A DNA stretch of 64,000 nt from an uncultured Arcobacteraceae bacterium (GTDB lineage Bacteria > Campylobacterota > Campylobacteria > Campylobacterales > Arcobacteraceae). Below, piece after piece: positions 39,957-50,516 of the stretch. Made by a program: the position numbers and the translations under genes. The stretch covers positions 1 through 64,000 of the forward strand of contig CAXHZO010000010.1 of assembly GCA_964022095.1 (NCBI GenBank). The letters run 5' to 3'. Numbering within the stretch: the stretch's first letter is position 1; each line of letters begins with the position of its first letter. A model generated the notes under the pieces. It did no database searches, was not told where the DNA came from, and saw only the letters and a program-made list of their open reading frames with translations.

Positions 39957-41462
39957 CTAAAGGCTTTGTTCAGCGTTATAATTAAGCTCTAAATTTGCTA
40001 GTTCAATTGCTTTTTTAGCTCTGGTTGCCGCTACATAATATATATTTAACTCTTCAATTGCTCTTGTATAAGTTAGTGGATTTTTTGTATTAAATAAATC
40101 TTTTTTGGTAATAAAATCATCAGCCATAATAACTTGTTCATACTCTAAACCCTTTGCTTTATGGGTAGTTGTAAATATAATATCAGCTTGAGATTTATCA
40201 TTTACTAGTTTTGTTTTTATTTTTTTATTTATCTCAAAAATATTATCACCATATGCGTTGATAAATTTTATGACATTTAAGTAATCTTGATTTTTTGTGT
40301 CTTTTGCAAATTGTTCTAAATCATATATTGATTCAAAATCTTTTATCTCATCAATTGTAATTTTATCATTTTTCTTTTGTTTTAAGTAAAAAATAGAATA
40401 AACAGTTTGATTCATAAATGAGTATGAACCATATCCACCTTCAAAATATATTTTGTAATCATCATGTATAAAGTGAACAATTTTTTGAACTAAACCAAAA
40501 GTAGTTCGAGCAATAATACAAACTGGTTTTTTCATATCTATATTATCTGCCCCAATTAAAGTTTTTGTATCCATTCCTGATATTTTAAGTTTATATGATG
40601 ATTTAACTTCATAAAGTTTATTTAAATTAGTTTTTAAAACCTTTGCAAAGTCATTTGAAAATCTAAAAGACTTAGTTAAATCATATGAGGGTAAATCTAT
40701 TTTATTTAAAGCATTTGTTGCATACCTAAAAGAGTATATTTGCTGAAAAGAATCACCTACATAGATTCTATCACAACTTTGTGCTTCTACAATACCGATC
40801 ATAACATCTGAAATATCTTGTGCTTCATCTACAAAGATTAAATCAAAGCCAAGGTTACTACAAGCTCTTTTATTTAGAAAAAACATCTTTAAATAAAAAT
40901 CATGGGTTGCTTCAATAATTTTATTTTTCATTGAAGATAAGATATGTTTTAGGTGGCCTAAAACTTTTTTTTCATTATTCAAAAGTTCTAATATTTTTGC
41001 ATCTAAATCAGATTGTTTTTTATATGTATTTAAAAGTTTCTTATCTAAAGCAACTAATGAGCTGTTGCAATAAAAGTTAACTAAATCTTTAAGTAGAGTT
41101 AAGTACTCTGGCGTTGGGTAGTATTGCTTTTGATGGGTGATTTGCTCATACCCACATATAACCTTTTCTAAAATAGCTATTTTTAAATCTTGAGTTAGAT
41201 TGTATTGATAAGCTGCAATTTTATTATATGCAAGGGAGTGAATTGTACTAACAAACATATTTGATAATTTATAACTTTTTAGTTTTTCTTGTAATTCTAT
41301 TTGTAATGACTTATTGTATGCTAAATATAAAATCTTCAAATGGGAGTTTTTTCTTGCATATTCAAGAAGTGTAGTTGTCTTACCACTTCCTGCTACAGCG
41401 TTTATTTTAAAAGATTTATCAGGTGAGTTTATAATTTTTGATTGTTCATTAGTTAAAGTCAT
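39957..41462 (-). CDS. UvrD/Rep-like superfamily 1 helicase
   Basis: AGSGKTT, VDEAQD, VGDSFQQIYSFR, THKAKGLEY, YVAATRAK. Confidence 0.9.
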   Translation of the reverse strand: MTLTNEQSKIINSPDKSFKINAVAGSGKTTTLLEYARKNSHLKILYLAYNKSLQIELQEKLKSYKLSNMFVSTIHSLAYNKIAAYQYNLTQDLKIAILEKVICGYEQITHQKQYYPTPEYLTLLKDLVNFYCNSSLVALDKKLLNTYKKQSDLDAKILELLNNEKKVLGHLKHILSSMKNKIIEATHDFYLKMFFLNKRACSNLGFDLIFVDEAQDISDVMIGIVEAQSCDRIYVGDSFQQIYSFRYATNALNKIDLPSYDLTKSFRFSNDFAKVLKTNLNKLYEVKSSYKLKISGMDTKTLIGADNIDMKKPVCIIARTTFGLVQKIVHFIHDDYKIYFEGGYGSYSFMNQTVYSIFYLKQKKNDKITIDEIKDFESIYDLEQFAKDTKNQDYLNVIKFINAYGDNIFEINKKIKTKLVNDKSQADIIFTTTHKAKGLEYEQVIMADDFITKKDLFNTKNPLTYTRAIEELNIYYVAATRAKKAIELANLELNYNAEQSL

Positions 41463-41507
41463 TGTGAAATTGTAGCAAGAGTTAATAAATAAAGAATAAA
41501 TCTTTAT

Positions 41508-42329
41508 TTAAAGATCATCTAAAGCTCTGTCTTGTAGAGTTTTGATTGCTTTTTTTAAAGAATTTGTATCTAATCCAAATTCATCAGATAGTTTCAATCC
41601 TTCATTTATATAATTTTCATCTAATAATGCATTTGGTGTACAAATAGTTTTGATAACTTTTAATATTTGACATCTTTGTTTGTACTGGCTTTCACAATTT
41701 TCAACATCATCAATGTATTTTATAATTTGAACAAAATCATTATTTAGTTTCCAATGTTCAAATATCATTGCAGTCATTTGTGCTGTTGTTATTCCAAGTA
41801 AATCTTTTTCTACATCACTTGTTTTTTTATTTGTTGCTATTTGTTTTTTAAATTCATCTGATATGCTTTTTTCAGCTATTAGTTCAGCTAAAATAGTTTT
41901 TCCAACTCTTTGTAAAAGTGATGGTAATATAAGTTCATCTCTTAATTGAGGGTTAGTTTTGTTAAACCACAAATTTACAAGATTTACTGATAATACATTT
42001 GCTTCTTTTAAATCTTCAGTTGTATATCCATAGGGCTTTAAGTCTCCTATTAATAGAGTTTGAACACTTTCACTTATAGCTACGTATAGTGTAAATTTAA
42101 CTCCAAGCAAGTTAATTAGTCTTTTTAATGTCTCAACTTTTGATCTAAACCCAAACATTGCTGAATTTGCAACTTTTAAAAGTGTTGATACTAAAATTGC
42201 ATCATCTTGAAGTATTAAAACTAATTCTTCTACTTCTTGATTTTCTTGTCTTCTAAACTCTTCTATTTTTGTTATAGATTCTGGTAGTGGTGGCAATGAA
42301 TCTATTTTATGGATTATTTCACTTATCAA
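41508..42329 (-). CDS. HDOD domain protein
   Basis: LPPLP, LLKVANS..FG, LLQ.VGK, W.L pattern. Confidence 0.87.
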   Translation of the reverse strand: MISEIIHKIDSLPPLPESITKIEEFRRQENQEVEELVLILQDDAILVSTLLKVANSAMFGFRSKVETLKRLINLLGVKFTLYVAISESVQTLLIGDLKPYGYTTEDLKEANVLSVNLVNLWFNKTNPQLRDELILPSLLQRVGKTILAELIAEKSISDEFKKQIATNKKTSDVEKDLLGITTAQMTAMIFEHWKLNNDFVQIIKYIDDVENCESQYKQRCQILKVIKTICTPNALLDENYINEGLKLSDEFGLDTNSLKKAIKTLQDRALDDL

Positions 42330-42503
42330 AAATTACCTTTTTTAAAAATAATATTAGTAAGAACTATTTAATAATATTATTGTAATTGATAAATTATATA
42401 GTAAAAATATTTAAATTAGAGAATGAAATTTACAAAATCTTATATTTAAATCATACTATTATGTTACTATATTAAAATATAATAATTTAAAAGAAATAAA
42501 ATA

Positions 42504-44369
42504 ATGGAGAGAGACATGAGCTTAAAAAACAAAGTTATTGGAGCATTTATAGTATTATTGTTTATTACTATTGTAAGTAGCTTGTTTATATCAAATAATA
42601 TTTCTGATATAAAAACAAATGTAAAAGATTTATCAAATGAAAGTTTTAATGGTATTACTGTTTTACTTGAAGCTGATAGAGATTCTTATCAATCAAATGT
42701 TGCATTGAGTCAAATAATGCAATTAAAAAATAATGAGAAAATTGATAAGCTAATAAAGAAAGGTGTAAATGATAATTTACTTCAAGTTAGACAAAGATTT
42801 GATAAGTTTAAAGCAAGATTAGAAAAAGATTTAAGATCAAATAAAAAAGAGTTTCTAGCTTTTGACGAATATTATAGTTTAACAAAAAAACATACTGAAA
42901 AAATTGTTTTATTAGTTAAAAATGGAAATAAAACTGAAGCTCGAGATTTATATTTTAATAATTATTTGAAAGATTATTCATCTATGAGAGATTTAATTGA
43001 TTTCTTTACAGAAGCCACTTATAAAGTTGCAGATATAAATAAAAAAAATGTAGATAATCTAATTTCACTTTCTCTAAATACTTTTGTAGTAATTACGCTA
43101 CTAAGTATTTTTATAACTTTAGTTTTTGTTTATTTAATCGGAAAAACATTAAATGACTCATTATTAAAACTTGAGAATGGTTTATTAAACTTCTTTAGGT
43201 TCTTAAATAAAGAGACAAAAGATGTAGAATTACTTGATACTTCTTCAAAGGATGAAATATCAAAAATGGCTGCTGTAATTAATGAGAATATTGAAAAAAC
43301 TAGAGGTATTATTCATCAAGATGAGGAATTCATTGGAAATGTAAGTATTATAGTAAATAATGTAAAAGATGGAAATTTAAAAAATAAAATTGATGCTCAA
43401 ACCTCTTCAGAGTCTTTAATTGAATTAAAAAGAATTTTTAATGAAATGTTAGAAGTTCTATCTTCAAAAGTAGCAACAGATTTAAATGAAGTGCAAAAAG
43501 CAATGAATGAATATAAAAACTATAATTTTTCATACAAAATTCAAAACTCTAAAGGTAATTTTGTTGATGCTTTAAATGAAATTGCAAACACAGTAAGCAG
43601 TATGCTTGTACTAAACAAAAACAATGGATTATTTCTTAAAACAAACTCTAATGAGTTATTACAAAATGTTGATAAATTAAGTTCTGCATCAACACAAGCA
43701 GCAGCAAGTATTGAGCAAACTGCAGCAGCATTAGAAGAGATTACTAGTAACATGGCAGGAAATACACAAAATGTAGTAAAAATGGTTCAATATGCAAACG
43801 AATTAACTCACTCTGCTAATACTGGTGAAAAACTAGCGGCTGATACTACAAACTCTATGGAAGAAATAAATGAACAAGTTTCAACTATAAATGAAGCTAT
43901 TAGTGTAATTGATCAAATATCATTTCAAACAAATATTTTATCATTAAATGCAGCTGTTGAAGCAGCGACTGCAGGTGAAGCTGGAAAAGGTTTTGCTGTT
44001 GTTGCACAAGAAGTTAGAAACTTAGCAACGAGAAGTGGTGAAGCAGCAAATGAAATTAAAGCAATTGTAGAAAATGCTACAAGTAAGGCAAATGATGGTA
44101 AGGTCATTGCAAACCAAATGATTACTGGATACGAAAAATTAAGTAGCAATATTTCAAATACAATGGAATTAATTAAAGGTATTGAATCAAGTATAAAAGA
44201 GCAACAAACGGGAATTGAGCAAATCAGTAATGCAGTTAATTCTCTAGATAAACAAACTCAAGAGAATGCAACAGTTGCAAGTTATTCAAAAGATATTGCA
44301 GTTAAAACAGAGTCAATCGCACAAGAAATTTTATCAGATGTTGAGAATAAAAACTTCGATGGAAAGTAG
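42504..44369 (+). CDS. Methyl-accepting chemotaxis protein
   Basis: Two TM segments, four-helix sensor, [34 protein letters not shown] hairpin. Confidence 0.95.
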   Translation: MERDMSLKNKVIGAFIVLLFITIVSSLFISNNISDIKTNVKDLSNESFNGITVLLEADRDSYQSNVALSQIMQLKNNEKIDKLIKKGVNDNLLQVRQRFDKFKARLEKDLRSNKKEFLAFDEYYSLTKKHTEKIVLLVKNGNKTEARDLYFNNYLKDYSSMRDLIDFFTEATYKVADINKKNVDNLISLSLNTFVVITLLSIFITLVFVYLIGKTLNDSLLKLENGLLNFFRFLNKETKDVELLDTSSKDEISKMAAVINENIEKTRGIIHQDEEFIGNVSIIVNNVKDGNLKNKIDAQTSSESLIELKRIFNEMLEVLSSKVATDLNEVQKAMNEYKNYNFSYKIQNSKGNFVDALNEIANTVSSMLVLNKNNGLFLKTNSNELLQNVDKLSSASTQAAASIEQTAAALEEITSNMAGNTQNVVKMVQYANELTHSANTGEKLAADTTNSMEEINEQVSTINEAISVIDQISFQTNILSLNAAVEAATAGEAGKGFAVVAQEVRNLATRSGEAANEIKAIVENATSKANDGKVIANQMITGYEKLSSNISNTMELIKGIESSIKEQQTGIEQISNAVNSLDKQTQENATVASYSKDIAVKTESIAQEILSDVENKNFDGK

Positions 44370-44372
44370 AGA

Positions 44373-46217
44373 TTAGTTATTAAAAACTCTTCTTGTTCCA
44401 TCTTTTTTAATATCAGAAAAGTTATCTAAATAGTCTAAATAGGCTATTAGATATTTTCTACTTAGTTCAAATTTATCTTTTAAATTTGATATTTCTATAA
44501 AGCCTTCATTTTTGATGATATCTTTCATTATTTTTACCATTTTATTTAGGCTTTCAAAATGTATAAAAATATTGTGTTGTAGTCTTATAACTTGTTTTTT
44601 TGATGTAAGTGATTTAAGTACATTATCTCCAAGTTTTCTATCGATATCTAAATCATCGTAGATATTATACGGTGCAGTTGGTGCTATGTCTTCTTTTTTT
44701 AGTCTTTCTAAAACTATATTTTGTAGATCTTTTTTTATATCTTCTTTTATGATGGCATTTTGATATAAGTTCGTATCAAACTTTAAAAATCCTTCATTTA
44801 CTAGTTCATCAAGTACAATTTGAATAAAATTTTTACTAGCCCATTTTAATCGTAAGTTAATAGCTGCATTTGAAAGTAGGGCATAGTTGTTTTTTATATA
44901 GATGTCTTTGATATAGTTTTTTACAATCTCTTTTGTATCTACAGGATAGATAATTAAAGCATCTTCATCTACAAAAACATTTTCAAGCTTTTTTGCAAAC
45001 TCTATAGCATCACTATGGCTTAGTGCAAATCTTTGTGTTGAAGAGATGATTCCAAGACCTTTTTTATGAGCATTTAATAACTCTTCATAAGCCTTTACAA
45101 AATCTTTTTTATCTAAAGCTTCTAATAGAGCTTTCTTTTGATGTTTTCTCATAGGATCAATCACTGGATTTAAAACACTTCCACCACAAATAGTGTCATT
45201 TCCCCTTCTAAGTATTATTTTCTCTCCAAAGATTGTATATAGTTTTTCTTCTGCTTTAATAGTGGCAAATCCATTTGATGCTTTATCTGTAGTATCAAAT
45301 AGTAAAACTTTTACTTCAATTTTCTTTGCACCTATAAAAAGTGAATATGTTTGATTATGTTTTAACTCTTTGTTTTTTAAACACTTAAAAGAGATATCAA
45401 TACCATCAAAACCTCTTACGAAACCTTTTTTAGTAATTAGGTCACCTTTTCTAACTTGGTTTACATTTATACCTTGTAAGTTTAAGGCAGCTCTATTTGA
45501 GATATTTGCCTCTAAGACATTGTTATTGTGTACTTGGATATTTTTTAGTTTTGTTTCTTTTTGAGCTTGAGCTATAAATACTTTTTCATTTAACTCACAA
45601 GCTTTTCCTAAAACAGTACCAGTTACAACTGTACCAATACCTTTAGGAGAGAAAACTCTATCTACATAATATCTAAAGAAATTCTCAGGTTCTTTAGTCG
45701 ATTTTTTTATACTAAATAGCTGTTTTTTTAAATCACTAATTGATTTTTCATCATAAATAGAAACTTCACTTATAAATTTAACTTCAAAATCATAAGCACT
45801 TAAAAACTCTAAAATAGAATTTTTTTGAGATACTAATTGTTCTTTATTTACTAAGTCTTTTTTTGTAAGAACTACAATAATCTCTTTTAATCCTAAAAGA
45901 TTTATGATTTCTATGTGCTCAACTGTTTGGGGCATGATACCCTCAGATGCACTTATAACTAACATCACATAATCAAAGCCAAAAGCACCTGCAATCATAT
46001 TTTTCACTAACTTCTCATGTCCTGGAACATCAATGAAAGCTATGTTTTGATTATCTTTACTTAGATTTGAAAAAGATAAATCTATAGTGATACCTCTTTT
46101 TTGCTCTTCATCTGTACTATCCCCTTCAAAACCATTTAAAGCTTTGATAAGTGCAGTTTTACCATGGTCAATATGTCCTGCTGTTCCTATGATGATATTT
46201 GTACTCATATCTGACAT
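44373..46217 (-). CDS. selB: Selenocysteine-specific elongation factor SelB
   Basis: GTAGHIDHGKT, RGITIDL, DVPGHE, TKKD; C-terminal SRKYLI..LDYLD winged helix. Confidence 0.96.
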   Translation of the reverse strand: MSDMSTNIIIGTAGHIDHGKTALIKALNGFEGDSTDEEQKRGITIDLSFSNLSKDNQNIAFIDVPGHEKLVKNMIAGAFGFDYVMLVISASEGIMPQTVEHIEIINLLGLKEIIVVLTKKDLVNKEQLVSQKNSILEFLSAYDFEVKFISEVSIYDEKSISDLKKQLFSIKKSTKEPENFFRYYVDRVFSPKGIGTVVTGTVLGKACELNEKVFIAQAQKETKLKNIQVHNNNVLEANISNRAALNLQGINVNQVRKGDLITKKGFVRGFDGIDISFKCLKNKELKHNQTYSLFIGAKKIEVKVLLFDTTDKASNGFATIKAEEKLYTIFGEKIILRRGNDTICGGSVLNPVIDPMRKHQKKALLEALDKKDFVKAYEELLNAHKKGLGIISSTQRFALSHSDAIEFAKKLENVFVDEDALIIYPVDTKEIVKNYIKDIYIKNNYALLSNAAINLRLKWASKNFIQIVLDELVNEGFLKFDTNLYQNAIIKEDIKKDLQNIVLERLKKEDIAPTAPYNIYDDLDIDRKLGDNVLKSLTSKKQVIRLQHNIFIHFESLNKMVKIMKDIIKNEGFIEISNLKDKFELSRKYLIAYLDYLDNFSDIKKDGTRRVFNN

Positions 46218-47563
46218 TAGTTAAATACCTTTTTGATAATCTGCTCTATACTATCTATTTCATGTTCACCTATAGTTCTAAAATCTAATAGGACTTTGTC
46301 ATTTTCTATTCTTGTGATTAGGTTTTGTTCTCTTAGAAGTTTTTCTATTTTGTTTGGTTTGTAGTTTTTGTATTCTAAACTAAGTGCGATAGATGGTATT
46401 TTTTTATTTGGAGTAGTGCCTCCTCCTACCATAGTACTCGTTTCTATAACTTCACAACTACATAGAGTATCAAGTCTTTGTTTTAATATGTTTGCTCTTT
46501 GTGATAGTGTTTGTGTGCTTGTATGAAGCATTTTTAAAGTAGGGATTGAGTCTAGCTCATCTTTTAAGTATGAGTTTAGAGTATCTTCTAAGATTGAAAG
46601 AGTGATTTTATCAACTCTTAGCATTCGTAAGAGTTGGTTTTTTTTGATTTTTTCAATTAGTTCTTTTTTACCTATGATAATCCCAGCTTGTACACTTCCT
46701 AGAAGTTTATCCCCTGAAAAACTTAGAAGTGAAGGATTGTATTTCATGATTTCTTTTATAGATGGTTCATTTTTATTTAGGTTATATGGTAGATCTATCA
46801 TGTGACCACTTCCCATATCGTAGTAGTCTATTACATCATTTTCTTTTGCAACTTTTACTACATCTTCAAAATCAACTTCACTACTAAAACCTTCAATTGA
46901 ATAGTTTGATTTGTGTACTTTCATCAGCATTGAAGTGTCTTCACAAATGGCATTTTCATAATCCCTTAGATGGGTTTTATTTGTAGTTCCGATTTCTTTT
47001 AGTATTGCTCCACTTTGAGTCATCACTTCAGGAACTCTAAAACTCCCACCAATCTCCACAAGTTCACCACGACTTACAACTGCTTGCTTGCCTTTACAAA
47101 AAGTATTTAGTATCAAAAACACTGCACTTGCGTTATTGTTTACTACTATGGCATCTTCACAACCTGTTAGGGCTTGAAGTGTTTTTACTATGTGTGAGTA
47201 TCGCTCACCTCTTTTGCCTTTTTCTAAGTCATATTCTAAGTTGTTGTATGATGTAGCTATATTGATAGCTTTATTTAGTGAGTCTTTGTTTATAAGACTT
47301 CTTCCAAGGTTTGTATGTACTATGATACCAGTTGCATTTATCACACTTTGAAGTGATGGAGAGATTTGATTTTCATACTCTTTTATAGTTTGATTTATAA
47401 GTGCTTGTTCATCTATAGAGTTTATGTTGTTATTCAAAATATCAGTTCTAAGGTTTTCTATGATTTGTTTAGAGATTTTTTTGATGAGAGATTTTGAATA
47501 TCCATCAAAAGCTTTGTTATTGATAAACTTATCAATCTTTGGAATGGATTTTAGTAAAGTCAT
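46217..47563 (-). CDS. selA: L-seryl-tRNA(Sec) selenium transferase SelA
   Basis: VINATG.IVHTNLGRS, VNNNA.AV, SRGELVEIGGSFRVP, FSGDKLLG; true start MTLLKSIP at 47563. Confidence 0.96.
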   Translation of the reverse strand: MTLLKSIPKIDKFINNKAFDGYSKSLIKKISKQIIENLRTDILNNNINSIDEQALINQTIKEYENQISPSLQSVINATGIIVHTNLGRSLINKDSLNKAINIATSYNNLEYDLEKGKRGERYSHIVKTLQALTGCEDAIVVNNNASAVFLILNTFCKGKQAVVSRGELVEIGGSFRVPEVMTQSGAILKEIGTTNKTHLRDYENAICEDTSMLMKVHKSNYSIEGFSSEVDFEDVVKVAKENDVIDYYDMGSGHMIDLPYNLNKNEPSIKEIMKYNPSLLSFSGDKLLGSVQAGIIIGKKELIEKIKKNQLLRMLRVDKITLSILEDTLNSYLKDELDSIPTLKMLHTSTQTLSQRANILKQRLDTLCSCEVIETSTMVGGGTTPNKKIPSIALSLEYKNYKPNKIEKLLREQNLITRIENDKVLLDFRTIGEHEIDSIEQIIKKVFN

Positions 47564-47618
47564 TTTGACCCTTTTATTAATATTTAAAATGTATTGTTGT
47601 AAAATCAAATTCTTAAAT

Positions 47619-47717
47619 GGGAGATATGTGTACCTGGTGGGCACCACAGGCTTCAACCCTGATTGAGAGAATATGTGTATATTCTCTGGGAGGTTCGATT
47701 CCTTCATCTTCTCGCCA
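47619..47717 (+). tRNA. selC: tRNA-Sec(TCA)
   Basis: CAGG-CTTCAAC-CCTG anticodon arm, TGGT D-loop, 9-bp variable stem, GGAGG-TTCGATT-CCTTC T arm, GCCA end; divergent from selA. Confidence 0.95.
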
Positions 47718-47968
47718 TTTAATCTGACTTAAATTTTAAATATTCTATCTAAACTCTGATTTTATGATACTTAATAAAATGGTAAAGAAAGTTTTACTAT
47801 TTTAAATATTCATTAATACAGAGCATATTATAAAATGGCATTTGATAGGACTTGAAGCTAAAAACGCCGGGGCCGAAACTTTGTTGCTCTATTTTTACAA
47901 TAAAATACAATAATTACAATAATCCACAAAGAACCTATAAATAGGCTTTTATAATAGTTTTTCAAGAA

Positions 47969-47997
47969 TTGACTTTTTACAATATTACCAATATAAT
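47969..47997 (+). promoter_or_regulatory. Sigma70-type promoter of the integrase
   Basis: TTGACT-17 bp-TATAAT ending 41 nt upstream of the TTG start. Confidence 0.7.
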
Positions 47998-48038
47998 ACA
48001 ATAAAACACTTTCTCTAGTGTGAAATAGGTGTGATAAA

Positions 48039-49157
48039 TTGGCAAGACATACAACTAAATATGCAGGAATACTTTATAGAGATTCTATGACAAATGAGAA
48101 GCCTGATAAAACGTATTATATCAGATATAAAGATGAAAACAAAAGAACTAAAGAATTAAAAATAGGTAAATATTCAGAAGGAATAAGAGAAAACTATTGT
48201 AATCAAAAAAGAAATGAAATCATCACAAAAATAAGACTAGGAGAAGAACCTCCAGCTGCAGCAAAAAATAAAAGAACAAAGAAAATATTATTAGATGATA
48301 TAAAAGAAATCTATTTTGAAACAAGAAGAGATGGAAGAAGTAAACAAAGCGATTTAGCTTCATATAATAAACACTTACATCCTTTTTTCAAGAATCTTAA
48401 TTTGGAGTTAGTTTCAAAAGAAGATATAAGAAAACTACAAAAGACTTTAAAAGAGAAAAAGAACCCATTAGGAAAGGATTTATCTACAAAAACCATTCAT
48501 AATATACTAACAATTTTAAAATCTATTACAAGCTTTGCAATAAAAGAAGAACTGTTAAAAAATGATTATAAAAAACATATTGAAATGGATACAGTTAGAA
48601 ATCAAAGAGATCGATATTTAACAATAGAAGAAATCAATATTCTATATGAGTATATAAAAGACGATCTTAGGCTTTACCTATTTTCTAAAATTGGATTAAC
48701 AACGGGGGCAAGACTTGCCTCAATTATCCATCTTTCAAAAAAAGACATTGACTTTAGTAATCAACTTATTACCATTTGTGATTTTAAAAAAGATCAAGAT
48801 GGGAAAATCACATATAAAAGTTTTTTAACGGATGAACTAGCTCAATTACTTAAAAATCATACACAAGAATTAAAACCAAATGATAAAATATTTCATAAGA
48901 ACCCATCTACAATACAAAAGAATTTACAAAAAATACTGAATGAACTATTTAACCAGGGAATTGACCCTAATGATAGAAAGAATAAAGCAGTAGTGCATAC
49001 ACTAAGACACACCTTTGCTTCTCATTTAGCTATAAATGGTACACCTATCTTTACTATTCAAAAGTTAATGAACCATAAAACTATAGACATGACTTTAAGA
49101 TATGCAAAATTAGCTCCAGAAAGTGGGAGAAATTCGATCTGTAGACTGTACAATTAA
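48039..49157 (+). CDS. Tyrosine recombinase / integrase
   Basis: TGAR, HTLRHTFASHL, LMNH...MTLRY motifs; N-terminal arm-binding region. Confidence 0.95.
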   Translation: MARHTTKYAGILYRDSMTNEKPDKTYYIRYKDENKRTKELKIGKYSEGIRENYCNQKRNEIITKIRLGEEPPAAAKNKRTKKILLDDIKEIYFETRRDGRSKQSDLASYNKHLHPFFKNLNLELVSKEDIRKLQKTLKEKKNPLGKDLSTKTIHNILTILKSITSFAIKEELLKNDYKKHIEMDTVRNQRDRYLTIEEINILYEYIKDDLRLYLFSKIGLTTGARLASIIHLSKKDIDFSNQLITICDFKKDQDGKITYKSFLTDELAQLLKNHTQELKPNDKIFHKNPSTIQKNLQKILNELFNQGIDPNDRKNKAVVHTLRHTFASHLAINGTPIFTIQKLMNHKTIDMTLRYAKLAPESGRNSICRLYN

Positions 49158-49244
49158 TATATTCAATTATTATATTTATTTGGAATTTTAAGTTTACTTT
49201 AAATATAATTCACTCACTTAAAGTTGATAAAAGGTATCATAAGA

Positions 49245-50516
49245 ATGACATATTTTAGTAAATTACAAAACAATATTAATAATTGTAAACTAAAATATAT
49301 TGATCTATTTTCAGGTGCAGGAGGTTTATCTGAAGGTTTTTTAACTGAAGGTTATAATCCCATAGTACATGTAGAGATTGATGAACATGCTTGCAAAACT
49401 CTTGAGACAAGACTTATTTACCATAAGCTAAAAAAACAAAATAATCTTAAAGCGTATGATGACTATCTATTGGGGAAGATTAAAAGAGAAGATTTTTTAG
49501 ATAAATATAGTGATTCAAATATAAAAGAATCTATTATTAACAAACCTATTGGTGAAGAGAACCCTTTTATTTTTAGTAAAATTGATAATCTGATAGATGG
49601 TACTAATGTCGACTTAATTATTGGTGGACCACCATGTCAAGCTTATTCATTGGTAGGACGAGCTAGAGATAAGAATGGGATGAAAAATGACCCAAGAAAT
49701 TACTTATATAAAGAATATGCTAAGTTTCTAAAAAAATATAACCCTAAAGTTTTTGTATTTGAAAATGTTATGGGATTAATTACAGCAGAAGAAGGTAAAT
49801 ATTTTAAAAATATGAAAGCCTACTTCAAAAGAGTTGGATATAATTTAGATTATACTATTCAAAATTCTGTAGATTTTGGTGTATTACAAAGTAGAAAAAG
49901 AATTATATTAATTGGTTGGCAGAAAGGATTAGATTTTCAGTATCCTGAGTTTAACCAGAAAAAACAAGATTTTACAATAAAAGATATATTATCAGATTTA
50001 AAAAAAATTAAACCTGGAAATAAAATACATACATCGAAATATACTTCAGAACCCAATGAATATTTGAAATATTCAGGAATTAGAGATAATGAAAGTTTTG
50101 TAACTCAGCATATTGCTAGACCACATAATGATAGAGATCTTTCAATTTATAAAATAGCAATAAATAAATGGCTAAAGAATAAAGAAAGACTAAAATATCC
50201 AGATTTACCAGAGAAACTTAAAACACATAAAAATCAAAAATCCTTTGCAGATAGATATAAAGTAGTTGACCCACTTGGAGTTTCTCACACAATGGTTGCA
50301 CATATTTCAAAAGATGGACATCATTATATTTACCCAGATACAAAACAAATTAGATCTCTATCAGTTAGAGAAGCGGCAAGAATCCAATCTTTTCCTGACA
50401 GTTATTTTTTTGAAGGTGGTAGAACTTCTGCATTTAGACAAATTGGAAATGCTGTTCCACCTCTTATGTCAAAAGAAATTGCATCAAAAATAAAAAGGCA
50501 GCTAAAAAATGCATAA
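49245..50516 (+). CDS. DNA (cytosine-5)-methyltransferase
   Basis: DLFSGAGG (I), GGPPCQ (IV), FENV (VI), QSRKR (VIII), REAARIQSFP (IX), QIGNAVPP (X); ATG at 49245, alternative TTG at 49224. Confidence 0.96.
   Translation: MTYFSKLQNNINNCKLKYIDLFSGAGGLSEGFLTEGYNPIVHVEIDEHACKTLETRLIYHKLKKQNNLKAYDDYLLGKIKREDFLDKYSDSNIKESIINKPIGEENPFIFSKIDNLIDGTNVDLIIGGPPCQAYSLVGRARDKNGMKNDPRNYLYKEYAKFLKKYNPKVFVFENVMGLITAEEGKYFKNMKAYFKRVGYNLDYTIQNSVDFGVLQSRKRIILIGWQKGLDFQYPEFNQKKQDFTIKDILSDLKKIKPGNKIHTSKYTSEPNEYLKYSGIRDNESFVTQHIARPHNDRDLSIYKIAINKWLKNKERLKYPDLPEKLKTHKNQKSFADRYKVVDPLGVSHTMVAHISKDGHHYIYPDTKQIRSLSVREAARIQSFPDSYFFEGGRTSAFRQIGNAVPPLMSKEIASKIKRQLKNA

Noticed and set aside
47564-47707. 48-aa N-terminal extension of SelA in the ORF track
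   Set aside because: It runs antisense through tRNA-Sec; SelA similarity begins at MTLLKSIP (47563)
44373-47717. Selenoprotein gene with in-frame TGA near the sel cluster
   Set aside because: No ORF with an evident in-frame UGA at a Cys-equivalent position was found by eye
47865-47879. GC-rich blip CGCCGGGGCCGAAAC, considered as a hammerhead core or cos-like site
   Set aside because: No CTGAnGA partner or supporting stems, and no phage packaging genes; left unexplained
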